Shown here in pieces: positions 1-9,007 of a stretch of 64,000 bases of DNA. This DNA is from Arenicellales bacterium (GTDB lineage Bacteria; Pseudomonadota; Gammaproteobacteria; Arenicellales; Poriferihabitantaceae). Below the pieces are notes generated by a model, which was not told where the DNA came from, made no database searches, and saw nothing but the letters and a program-made list of their open reading frames with translations. Position numbers and translations under genes: made by a program. The stretch is taken from NCBI GenBank assembly GCA_965116335.1, contig OZ220677.1, positions 409,629 to 473,628 on the forward strand, in the 5' to 3' direction. Positions within the stretch are counted from its first letter, which is position 1. The number at the start of each line of letters is the position of its first letter.

Positions 1-720
1 AGTTGCCCCGCTGATGCCGATCCTGGGCAGACAGGGAATAAACACCACGGCGACGCCGGCTTGGGCACAACGCTGCTGCAAGGCGGGTACGAAATGCGCG
101 GGATCGGTTTCGGCCGTGAGGGAGCGGATATCATCCAGCGCCTGCCGAAATGCGGGTTTGTCATATGGCTGGCACTCGATGTTTGCAGCCTCCAGCTCGC
201 CTTGGCGCAGCCAGGCAGAAACCGCCTCCGGGAAGATTTCATGCTTGTTGTGCTGACGGTAGGCGACGGCCACGTTGGGCCAGATATCGTCCCATTGCTC
301 CACGCTGGCAATACCGAAAAAGCGCAGTACTTCATCGAGCTGCTGCTTTTTGTCCTTATGCTTTTTTAGCCATCCCATTTTTACCATAGCGTTGACGGGT
401 ATACGTTTGAGCCAGCTGATGTCTTTTTCCAGCTGAACCTCTTCCGCCAACCGCGCGCGGGTCTCCTGGTAGTGGGCATCCAGATTGAGCCAGTACTCGA
501 CTGGCATACCCAAGGCACGCTCCAGCTTGATAGCGGTTTCAGGCGTGATAATGACCGTACCCTTGCCCTTGAGAATGGTAATGATGTGCTTTTCACTTAA
601 GCCCGTGCGCTTGGCCAGTTCGGTCCGACTCATGTTTCGCAGTTCGAGCTCGTAGTCCAGCGCCTCGCCGGGAGTGACCGTGTAGTCAGGTGTATAGTGG
701 TTGATGGCTGCGTTATCCAT
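1..720 (-). CDS. higA: HigA-family antitoxin (XRE HTH fused to an ImmA/IrrE-type region), 3' end outside the window
   Basis: Absent from the ORF track because it runs off the edge. Manual translation from ATG 720: MDNAAINHYTPDYTVTPGEALDYELELRNMSRTELAKRTGLSEKHIITILKGKG...ITPETAIKLERALGMPVEYWLNLDAHYQ...AWLRQGE...AGVAVVFIP. Start overlaps the higB stop. Confidence 0.88.
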   Translation of the reverse strand, partial: MDNAAINHYTPDYTVTPGEALDYELELRNMSRTELAKRTGLSEKHIITILKGKGTVIITPETAIKLERALGMPVEYWLNLDAHYQETRARLAEEVQLEKDISWLKRIPVNAMVKMGWLKKHKDKKQQLDEVLRFFGIASVEQWDDIWPNVAVAYRQHNKHEIFPEAVSAWLRQGELEAANIECQPYDKPAFRQALDDIRSLTAETDPAHFVPALQQRCAQAGVAVVFIPCLPRIGISGAT

Positions 721-1060
721 GGGTGTCCTCAATACCTAATATCTTGATGGCGGTAATACGGTGCCAATCCAGCCCACCTTCCGGCCGCTTTGGGGGCGGG
801 TTGTTTAGCGGCTGGACGATCAACCGGTACGGGCCGTCCAGATCCAGACTGAACGTGCCCTTGCGCTTGCCCGTCAGTTCGTGGCACCGATGTGGTGAAC
901 TATAGGGCGGCGCAAATACGCCCAGATTTGGGGCTGCCCGCAATGCTGTCATCACCACCTTGATTCGCTTTGCGCGCTGCTGCCCGAAAACCTTGAGCAT
1001 CGTCTTTTCTTCGTTAAATTGCTTTCGCAGCTTCTTGCTGGAAAAATCGATATCAATCAA
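713..1060 (-). CDS. higB: HigB/RelE-family toxin (killer-protein type)
   Basis: 115 aa basic protein, IDFSSKKLRK...PHRCHELTGKRKGTFSLDLDGPYRLI...IEDTH; lies directly upstream of the HigA-like gene (toxin-first order). Confidence 0.88.
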   Translation of the reverse strand: MIDIDFSSKKLRKQFNEEKTMLKVFGQQRAKRIKVVMTALRAAPNLGVFAPPYSSPHRCHELTGKRKGTFSLDLDGPYRLIVQPLNNPPPKRPEGGLDWHRITAIKILGIEDTHG

Positions 1061-1306
1061 TTTTCACTTACCTGTTAGGTTAATACATTTTTATCTATAT
1101 ATCCATTACAATTTTTCCAACACTGACGCGCAGCCGGCATGGTTGTCGTCTACTGAAACGGCGGGTTGTCACTAAACTGATTGAATAGCTCGTTGTGCTC
1201 CGTATGATGTCATGGCAGTACTTCTGCCAATACAGTATTGACAGGCCATGACCAAGCGTAAAAACCAGAGTCTCCTGGATCAATCAGCGCGCTCGTGCTT
1301 TTCGGG

Positions 1307-2794
1307 CTAGGACATGAAGCCACTACCACCACAAAAGTCACACATACTATGCAATCCGCCCGTGCCCCTACATCGCGAGCACGTCATCCTGTTAGGTGTA
1401 TTGCCAAGACTATTGGAACCACCATCTTCAGCGGGCACGTCGTCCACATCATTTTCTTTGATGATTTCGCCAATATCGAATGGGTCAAATGATAGTCCGT
1501 ATGCAACGGATACCCGGTCATAATCATCCTCGCGTAGTCCACTCGCTTCTAATTGATCAGGCTTTGGTAGCTTCATGGCTTTGACCGGGAAACCGAAAAA
1601 CTCCCCGTTCTCAGACAAGAATATCTCCGTATAGAAATCGCAACCCGCACCACCTCCGCAAAGAAACACTGGCACGCCATCCTCCCATCGTCGAGAGAGT
1701 GGATACCGACAATTCTTGGTATGCCGTAACAGGTTGCCCACCGCTTTAATCACTCGTTGCTTGAAGGGTGAGTCATTGCGCTGGAAGATGGCGATATCAA
1801 TCCCAAGTAGCGAAGCGAATTCCGTTTTCTCAGGGACAGGGGCAAACGGAGCAAGCCCCTTCTCTTCCTTGAGCCCTCGCCCCTCAATACGTGACCTAAC
1901 AAGAAAGCGCGTGCCCAAGCGCTCAACCGCTTTGGCGAAAATCGGGAACTTATCCTCTCCCTCTACTTCATGGACATTAAAAATCGTTGCATCCAGCGTC
2001 CCTGCTCCCACATCGACTAGTAAGTGCAAGTCTGACTGACGTAAAGGAGACCTGATATATCCGGTTACTTGTGCGACAAATTCTGGAAATAGTGATACTG
2101 CCTCCCAATGCAAATCACGTTCTGAAGCCCCCGATTCCTCTTGAGTGCTGCTCTTCTGCCAAGCTTCCTTAATGCTTTGCTCTGACACTTCTCCCTCATA
2201 TGCGCTTGCGAACCAAGCAGCAGCAATCATTCGCTTGTATGAGGCCGCCAGTCTTTCATCGTGATAACTACTGGTGGGCAGGCCTACATTGACCAACCAA
2301 TCAATGTAATTGGAACCGTATACGCCTTGCTTATTGTCAAAAATGAAGGCTCGCACCCGTCGTAGCACCAAGGCAAGGTAAGTAGCAGCACTCTGTATCT
2401 CGGAGTCTTCGAGTTTTCCCTCCAGCAGTGACATCTTCAAGTCTGTGTACTGCTCACCTATAGGTGAGTCGATCGAGCGAAGACCTTCCTGGGTCGACCA
2501 AAACACTGTTGGCAGCAAGTAATCGCTGGTCTTCTCACCACGTCCTCTGAGCGGGATTGCGATCCTTATACGCTCTTCTCCAACGATAACCTTGGTGAAA
2601 GCTGTCCCAAAATCCAAGCCAATGACTAACTGCTTGTGTGGTGCAGATGGACCAATACCAGCGAACTGCGTAGCGATACCGCTTGATCGTGCTTTTCCCA
2701 TCGCACGTATGCCTGAATTTCTGGCCTGGTCGGGTGCCGATGTACTGACTACCTGCTTTTTTATCAAACCTTTTAGGACATCTTCACATGACAT
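1307..2794 (-). CDS. Hsp70/actin-fold (ASKHA) ATPase-like protein with C-terminal DnaJ-type zinc-finger motifs; function unknown
   Basis: Phosphate-1 IGLDFGTAFTKV, connect-1 FPEFVAQ, phosphate-2 LLVDVGAGTLD, adenosine FLCGGGA, connect-2 SVAYGL. The tail CSRCRGTG...CDFCGGSG is two CxxCxGxG repeats. Confidence 0.75.
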   Translation of the reverse strand: MSCEDVLKGLIKKQVVSTSAPDQARNSGIRAMGKARSSGIATQFAGIGPSAPHKQLVIGLDFGTAFTKVIVGEERIRIAIPLRGRGEKTSDYLLPTVFWSTQEGLRSIDSPIGEQYTDLKMSLLEGKLEDSEIQSAATYLALVLRRVRAFIFDNKQGVYGSNYIDWLVNVGLPTSSYHDERLAASYKRMIAAAWFASAYEGEVSEQSIKEAWQKSSTQEESGASERDLHWEAVSLFPEFVAQVTGYIRSPLRQSDLHLLVDVGAGTLDATIFNVHEVEGEDKFPIFAKAVERLGTRFLVRSRIEGRGLKEEKGLAPFAPVPEKTEFASLLGIDIAIFQRNDSPFKQRVIKAVGNLLRHTKNCRYPLSRRWEDGVPVFLCGGGAGCDFYTEIFLSENGEFFGFPVKAMKLPKPDQLEASGLREDDYDRVSVAYGLSFDPFDIGEIIKENDVDDVPAEDGGSNSLGNTPNRMTCSRCRGTGGLHSMCDFCGGSGFMS

Positions 2795-2807
2795 TTGTAA
2801 TTACACC

Positions 2808-5800
2808 TTACTGAACCAGGATCGCCCCGCAGCACACCTCGGATTGCAAGGGCCGCAACTTTGATTTCAAATTCAACTTTTCTCGTTGAACGTCGAACCG
2901 TTCTTTGATTTTTCTGATTTGGCCTTCGGTCGGAGGAATCATTCGTGTTTTTCCTGCAACACGATACCGATTCAACAACTCGTAACGGGTATTCAGTTGA
3001 CGATCCCGATGCCGTTCTGCTGATTTGATTTGGAACGCCACACGGTCTTCGTTCTCATTTTTTCGTTGAATCTGTTCAGCATCATAGTCAGCTTCAAGAG
3101 CTTCGACACAACGATCCAAGGCACTGACAAAGGACTCAACATCAAGCACACTCGTCACTTCCAGCCAGTCTGCCCCATCAATACGAGCAAAATTAAGCAA
3201 CGCCCAGGACTCGTCTCTGGACAGCAATCTGTCTGACTGAATCTCCACGATTCGAACCGGGAGTTCCTCCTCAACCTTGATGCCCGAGAACTCCCAGCGA
3301 TTGACAAAGAACGCATAAGTACCAGGCACTATATCTCTGGACACCTCCAAGCGGATTGCCACCAACCGATAAAACGCCTCGTTCTTCTCGCGTAGTTCCT
3401 GCCCGACGAACCGGATCAATGGGTGAAACTGACTAATCACCTCATCTCGAGTCGCCGGGTCCCTGACCTTGTTTGCAAACTTGCATCGAATAGTCTCTCC
3501 GGTAGCAAGTCGTGTCAGGCCATGAAGTTTATGTTTGGTAATGAAATCCCCTAGCGAGGCAGCCACGGTGGCGGGTAGTCTGAGATCAAATCGCTGTTCA
3601 TCCGATGACAGCTGCTTGAATTCGAAGCCCTGACAAAACTTATCAAGGTAGTCTTTTACATACGCAACCAAGTCTTCTTCGGTGATGCGTTTTTTGAACT
3701 GTTGTGCCGCCTGCACTTCGTCGAGAATATAGCCACCATGTGCTATCAGATGCGATGCCTGTTTTTCGAGCTCATCCTGGTCGTGACGGATTCTCTCGAC
3801 AGCCATCGCTGTTTGTTCAATACGCTGTTGCTCCTGCTCTGGCGTCAACGGCTCTCGTAGCAAATCCGCTGTCAGATCCGATATCTGCTCTCCGAGAATG
3901 GCTTCCATACCGCCAAGAGCCCGCTCGAAGATACGTAATCTCGTATACAGGCGCTCATGGATCCGATGATCTATAGTATCCGTAAACAACAGATTAACGA
4001 TGCTGATCTTGTCGGCCCGTTGACCAATGCGGTCGATACGACCTATCCGCTGCTCCACCTTCATAGGGTTCCACGGAAGATCGTAGTTGAACAGCACACG
4101 ACAAAACTGAAGGTCCACGCCCTCACTCGCTACTTCAGAAGAAAGCAGGACTGTGATATCCGGGGACTCCTTGAACCTTCTGATAACTTCCTGCTTCGTC
4201 TCCTTCATGCCGCCGACCAGAACCTGGGATTTGATGCCATCTTCAAGAAGCCGCTCCGCAAGATAGGCCAGCGTTTTTCGGTAGAACGAAAACACAATCA
4301 GTTTCTCATCAGAGTTATCCACCAAATACTCTCTAACCGCCTCGCGGAACATCTCGTACTTGTTATCGTTCTCCCTCAGTGCCTTCAAACTAATGAGTGG
4401 CAACACGTCATTTCGAAGACGTTCGATCAGAGGCGAAATCTCCACGTCACCACTCTCGTAACCAAAGTCTTCGTAGATTTGCTCCTCGTAGCTTTCGTAT
4501 TTCTCTTTCCATGCTGTTGCTGCCGCATACATACAGCTGGACACTTGTCGCTGAGGACCAGCAAGCAGAAACCCATCGCTGATGTCAGATTCCCAGGCAT
4601 AGCGCCGTATCGCTTCGGTAACGAGCTGATAAAACTGCCACTCAACACCATCTTTGTCTAGCTCGACGAAACGTTTCACGGGTTCGCGTATAACACGCCA
4701 CTCGGTAACCTCTGATTTGCGTGTCCGAGTAATGGCATGGCGTAGTAAATTGACCTTTTCGACTCGATTGGCCAAGCGGATACGCCCCGCTTTACTTGCG
4801 AGGTAATCGGTCAGGTCTTCCGATGAAACAAGCTCATCTAACTGTCGGCTGCTCTTCAGCAAGGGATGCTGTTGTGCAAGCGAGAGCTCTTCTCGAATCT
4901 GGTCTGCATCAGGGCGTACATTCAGAACCAGATCTCGTGCTTTCTGCAGATGTTCATTGGCTGTAATAACCTGCGGGAACACCTCCTTTACACTGAAAGA
5001 ATCTGGATCGACCAGATTCAACAAATGAAACAGATCGTAGTCACTCAGATTGATGGGGGTTGCTGACAGTAGCACCACATTGTCCGCTACACCTCGTAGA
5101 AGCTGTCCGAGCTTGGCAGTCTGGCTTTCAGGATTCCGTAGATAATGAGCCTCGTCGATGATGACGAGGTCTACCAGAGGCTCCTCGGTGGCTTGTTCCT
5201 CGAGAAACCGAGCCAGCTTGGCATCTGCACTGGTCTTCTTTTCTTCATCGCGCCAACCCGAGGGGGGGCGCAAACCCTGCACGCTACAAACGATCCCTTT
5301 CCCATCCGGGACGTTGTAACGATCCTGCTGAAGATACTTCAGTGCCTCAGCCGCCCCCATAATTTCGGCATCAACGCCGAAACGGTTCGCCAACTCGTCG
5401 CACCATTTTTCCCGCAACATCGCAGGACATACTACCATTAAGCGTCGCGCATCAAAACGTGCTCGCAATTCTGTCCATATTAAGCCCGCTTCGATCGTCT
5501 TACCCAAACCAACCTCATCGGCAATCAGCAAACCATTTGATGGCGAATCCAGGAAAGACAGGACTGGTTTGTACTGATACGCATAAAAATCCGTGTTGGT
5601 GGCATCCATACTGTAGACAAGGTTAGCGAGACGACCACTCAGATGAATGTGGGTGAGATTCCTGCGAAGATCGCGCACACGACCGAATCGCCCCTCAGCG
5701 ATGAGATGTTCCCAGTCGGAATTATCGTCATCGATCACCTCGAGTTCGTAGTCAGGTTGGAATGTCTTTCTCTCCGGGAACACAACCTGGTATTTCAAGA

Positions 5801-5924
5801 TGCCGGCTTGTGCACGGTGCTTTCCGGTCAATACGCCTTGCCGTCCAGGATCACTCTTGAGGCGGACAATCGTTCCTGGTGGAAGCAAATCTTTACTCTC
5901 TGTATCTGGCAATTTTACGGACAT
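2808..5924 (-). CDS. SNF2-family (SF2) helicase/translocase
   Basis: LLIADEVGLGKTIEAG (motif I), IIDEAH (II), LSATP (III), SEGVDLQ, YDLPWNPMKVEQRIGRIDRIGQ (V/VI); 1038 aa with a coiled-coil-like C-terminus. Confidence 0.92.
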   Translation of the reverse strand: MSVKLPDTESKDLLPPGTIVRLKSDPGRQGVLTGKHRAQAGILKYQVVFPERKTFQPDYELEVIDDDNSDWEHLIAEGRFGRVRDLRRNLTHIHLSGRLANLVYSMDATNTDFYAYQYKPVLSFLDSPSNGLLIADEVGLGKTIEAGLIWTELRARFDARRLMVVCPAMLREKWCDELANRFGVDAEIMGAAEALKYLQQDRYNVPDGKGIVCSVQGLRPPSGWRDEEKKTSADAKLARFLEEQATEEPLVDLVIIDEAHYLRNPESQTAKLGQLLRGVADNVVLLSATPINLSDYDLFHLLNLVDPDSFSVKEVFPQVITANEHLQKARDLVLNVRPDADQIREELSLAQQHPLLKSSRQLDELVSSEDLTDYLASKAGRIRLANRVEKVNLLRHAITRTRKSEVTEWRVIREPVKRFVELDKDGVEWQFYQLVTEAIRRYAWESDISDGFLLAGPQRQVSSCMYAAATAWKEKYESYEEQIYEDFGYESGDVEISPLIERLRNDVLPLISLKALRENDNKYEMFREAVREYLVDNSDEKLIVFSFYRKTLAYLAERLLEDGIKSQVLVGGMKETKQEVIRRFKESPDITVLLSSEVASEGVDLQFCRVLFNYDLPWNPMKVEQRIGRIDRIGQRADKISIVNLLFTDTIDHRIHERLYTRLRIFERALGGMEAILGEQISDLTADLLREPLTPEQEQQRIEQTAMAVERIRHDQDELEKQASHLIAHGGYILDEVQAAQQFKKRITEEDLVAYVKDYLDKFCQGFEFKQLSSDEQRFDLRLPATVAASLGDFITKHKLHGLTRLATGETIRCKFANKVRDPATRDEVISQFHPLIRFVGQELREKNEAFYRLVAIRLEVSRDIVPGTYAFFVNRWEFSGIKVEEELPVRIVEIQSDRLLSRDESWALLNFARIDGADWLEVTSVLDVESFVSALDRCVEALEADYDAEQIQRKNENEDRVAFQIKSAERHRDRQLNTRYELLNRYRVAGKTRMIPPTEGQIRKIKERFDVQREKLNLKSKLRPLQSEVCCGAILVQ

Positions 5925-6018
5925 CTTTTACCTATTGTGAATCACTTATTGCAGACGATCAAATACCCAACTGAGGTGCCAGGTTCCACTGCCATACTAA
6001 TCACCGCATTCTGTATCG

Positions 6019-7062
6019 TCATTTCATCACTGCTCCGAATTCTTCGTCGATCTCAAACAAATCAGGCGTAGAGCGATGAACGCCAATACCGTGTTCCATC
6101 AGAAGTATCACGAGTTGTTCCCCATTCATCAGGGCAATAGGAGTCTTGTCTGCCTCGGCAGCTTCCTTGACAGCACCTCGACTGAAGTTGCTGGTGGTGA
6201 TGATCAGGCCTTGCTCGTGCACTCCCAGGCTGCCGCGCACCTGCTGTACCACCGGAGCCTGTATATTGTTCTTGATCTTCCATTTCTTGACCTGAACGGC
6301 CATTTTGATCCGAACCACATCGCCCACCACCAGGGTGCCACGGACATCAATACCGCCGTCGCCGCTGAGCTTGGTCACCTCGACCTTCTCGAAACCCATC
6401 TCCGCCAGCAACTGCGAGATAAGTTCCTCGAACTCTCCGGGCTTCATAGCCAGCAGGCGGTCACGCAGAGCCTTTCGGACTTGCTGGTTGTGCTGCTCGA
6501 TTTGAGACGCCAAACCGCGCCCCATCCATTGACTCAAACCCACATAGCCACGGCCGTGTTGCACAAATCGAGGACGGTCGCCGCGTTTCTGCTGTCGCTT
6601 GATTTCGGTAATCACCTGCGCGTACATAGTGGCCTCCGGCGTCTTTCCGCTGGTAACCAGCCATCTTTTTTCAAGTGCCTGCCCAGTGATCTTCTTGTAG
6701 TGCATCGGTTTCTTGCCGCCAAACTCCTCAAGCACCTTCTGAGCACAATCGGTGAACGACAAACCAGTGTTCGAAGAGGGGGTGTTTGGAACTTGGCCAG
6801 CTTTCGGAGGAGTGGACTCAGTATTTTCCTTTTGCTTGAAGGTATCTCGAAGCGCGAATGTCTGAGCGCCAGTCTTAACGAAGGGTGATTTACTCCCCAT
6901 CTTATTGATGTCGGAATAAATCTGGGCGCTGACCGTATTACTCGGGGTCTTACCTTTGGACTCCCAGAGACCATTCGCCCTGATCTTCTCGGCAATGTCC
7001 TTGGCATGCAGCGACTTACCCGCCTTCTGCAAAACCTGAATGGCAGCAGTTTTAACGTCCAT
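6019..7062 (-). CDS. mrr: Mrr-family restriction endonuclease with two N-terminal HARE-HTH domains
   Basis: Two repeats of the type AIQVLQKAGKSLHAKDI...SKGKTPSNTVSAQIYSDI and AQKVLEEFGGKKPMHYKKI...TSGKTPEATMYAQVITEI. Mrr catalytic region FEELISQLLAEMGF...GDGGIDV...AVQVKKW...GLIITTSNFS. Start placed at ATG 7062 behind GGGGAGAG. Confidence 0.88.
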   Translation of the reverse strand: MDVKTAAIQVLQKAGKSLHAKDIAEKIRANGLWESKGKTPSNTVSAQIYSDINKMGSKSPFVKTGAQTFALRDTFKQKENTESTPPKAGQVPNTPSSNTGLSFTDCAQKVLEEFGGKKPMHYKKITGQALEKRWLVTSGKTPEATMYAQVITEIKRQQKRGDRPRFVQHGRGYVGLSQWMGRGLASQIEQHNQQVRKALRDRLLAMKPGEFEELISQLLAEMGFEKVEVTKLSGDGGIDVRGTLVVGDVVRIKMAVQVKKWKIKNNIQAPVVQQVRGSLGVHEQGLIITTSNFSRGAVKEAAEADKTPIALMNGEQLVILLMEHGIGVHRSTPDLFEIDEEFGAVMK

Positions 7063-7225
7063 GACTCTCCCCCGCGGCGGATTGTCCACTCTGCTTCTGG
7101 TAGGTCAAGCCAAAGATGGTGTCGGTTGGTTTCATAGATCCTCCAGTCGATTTCTCGCACCAGTGGTGCGGGTTTTTCAGACCGGTGCACGACTCAAAAA
7201 AGTTAGGAGTAGTGGTTGACAGGTT

Positions 7226-7316
7226 TGGCGGAGAGAGAGGGATTCGAACCCTCGATACGCTATTAACGTATACTCCCTTAGCAGGGGAGCGCCTTCAGCC
7301 GCTCGGCCATCTCTCC
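7226..7316 (-). tRNA. tRNA-Ser(GCT)
   Basis: Reverse complement GGAGAGATGGCCGAGCGGCTGAAGGCGCTCCCCT-GCT-AAGGGAG...GGTTCGAATCCCTCTCTCTCCGCCA; long variable arm, encoded CCA, usual position after csrA. Confidence 0.97.
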
Positions 7317-7395
7317 GGTATTGGGGGGTGCGACCGTTCCGCGTGCCGTCCTGTTCGGCAGCGCGGTCGGGACGCTTGAAACAAGACTACCCGGC

Positions 7396-7644
7396 TCAGA
7401 CGTTGTGCGGGTCACCTTCGTCATCATCGTATTCATGATGATAATTGTCGTCGCCATCCATATCTTCGACACCCTCTCCCTCTTCATGTTTGATGCGATA
7501 ATAAATTTCCTCGCGGTGGACCGGAACTTCTTTTGGCGCGTTAATTCCAAGTCGAACTTGTGTTCCACGCACACCCAGAATGGTTAGACGAACATCGTCA
7601 CCAATATACACGGATTCGCCGATTCGGCGGGTAAGGATCAACAT
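7396..7644 (-). CDS. csrA: Carbon storage regulator CsrA/RsmA
   Basis: [11 protein letters not shown]...[19 protein letters not shown] signature; acidic C-terminal tail. Confidence 0.97.
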   Translation of the reverse strand: MLILTRRIGESVYIGDDVRLTILGVRGTQVRLGINAPKEVPVHREEIYYRIKHEEGEGVEDMDGDDNYHHEYDDDEGDPHNV

Positions 7645-7772
7645 TTTTTCATGCTCCCGTTATTAAATTACAGTCTAACTGATATTCATATTCGTCAAAC
7701 CATGGTCTGCCTTTGACACCCTGATACCAGTTCCCAACACAAAAGCTGTAGCCAGCTATACCTTACAGTATC

Positions 7773-8996
7773 TTATTTGCATATCTGATCAAGTTCAAAT
7801 GCATTATGCAACGTTCGAACCGCTAATTCTGCATATTCCTTGTCGATAGTAACAGAAATTTTGATTTCTGATGTGGAAATCATCTGAATATTGATCCCCT
7901 TCTCCGACAGGGCATGAAACATCCGGGTTGCAATACCTGCATGTGAGCGCATACCGACTCCCACTACGGAAATTTTCGCCAGATTGGTGTCGCCGGCCAG
8001 AGTCTCCGCGCCCAGTGATTTGACGATCGGTTCCAGCAGGTCGATGCTTTTTTGCAGGTCATCCCGATTGATAGTAAACGTAAAATCCGTCAAGCCGTCG
8101 AGTCCGATATTCTGGACGATCATATCCACAATGATCTGGGCGTCAGATATTGGCCCCAACAGGCTGTAGGCAATCCCCGGTTTGTCGGGTACACCGCGAA
8201 TGGTAACCTTGGCTTCATTGTCAACCGAAGTAATACCTGAAATTAAAGGTTTTTCCATATTCTTGTCCTCACAACTGATCAGTGTTCCCGGCCCAGGCTC
8301 GAAGGAAGAAAGCACGCGAAACGGGACATTGTATTTGCTGGCAAATTCGACAGACCGAATCTGCATGACTTTCGCTCCCGAACCTGACAATTCCAGCATT
8401 TCCTCAAACGTAATCCGGTCCAGTCTGTGCGCATCTTCCACCACTCGCGGGTCGGCAGTGTAAACGCCATCCACATCGGTAAATATCCTGCATTCATCGG
8501 CTTGCAGCGCCGCTGCCATGGCAACGGCCGTGGTGTCGGTGCCTCCCCGCCCTAAAGTGGTAATATCGTTGGCCTCGTTGATTCCCTGGAAGCCAGCCAC
8601 GACGACAACCCGCCCCTGTTCCAGGTCGCAGAGTACTTTTTTCGTGTCGATATTTTCTATTCTTGCCTTGCCGTGGAAACCGTCGGTCAGAATCGGAATC
8701 TGGAATCCGGTATAGGAACAGGCGGACACTCCGAGTTCCTGCAACGACATCGACAATAGTGCGATAGTCACCTGCTCTCCGGTAGTGACCAGAGTATCCA
8801 TTTCCCGGGATGAAGGATTATCGGAAATCTGGTGAGCCAATGCAATCAGACGATTGGTTTCCCCGCTCATCGCGGATACCACCACGACCAACTGATCGCC
8901 ATTTTCTACGCTTTTCAGGATATTTTCGGCTACTGCCTTGATCCGCTCCACAGACCCGACCGATGTGCCGCCGTATTTTTCAACAATGAGTGCCAA
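7773..8996 (-). CDS. lysC: Aspartate kinase
   Basis: KYGGTSVG, TLGRGGTDTTAVA, two ACT domains (ISTSEIKIS); lies between alaS and csrA. Confidence 0.96.
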   Translation of the reverse strand: MALIVEKYGGTSVGSVERIKAVAENILKSVENGDQLVVVVSAMSGETNRLIALAHQISDNPSSREMDTLVTTGEQVTIALLSMSLQELGVSACSYTGFQIPILTDGFHGKARIENIDTKKVLCDLEQGRVVVVAGFQGINEANDITTLGRGGTDTTAVAMAAALQADECRIFTDVDGVYTADPRVVEDAHRLDRITFEEMLELSGSGAKVMQIRSVEFASKYNVPFRVLSSFEPGPGTLISCEDKNMEKPLISGITSVDNEAKVTIRGVPDKPGIAYSLLGPISDAQIIVDMIVQNIGLDGLTDFTFTINRDDLQKSIDLLEPIVKSLGAETLAGDTNLAKISVVGVGMRSHAGIATRMFHALSEKGINIQMISTSEIKISVTIDKEYAELAVRTLHNAFELDQICK

Positions 8997-9007
8997 TTTT
9001 ATTACTG

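Noticed and set aside
1210-1245. Adjacent short palindromes (TGGCAG...CTGCCA, CAATAC-GTATTG) between the ATPase gene and higB
   Set aside because: Could be operator or terminator sequences, but too short to separate from chance.
6076-6888. 270-aa plus-strand ORF opposite mrr, and similar shadow ORFs opposite the SNF2 gene, dxs, mutS and hom
   Set aside because: Antisense frames of well-supported genes with no recognisable motifs.
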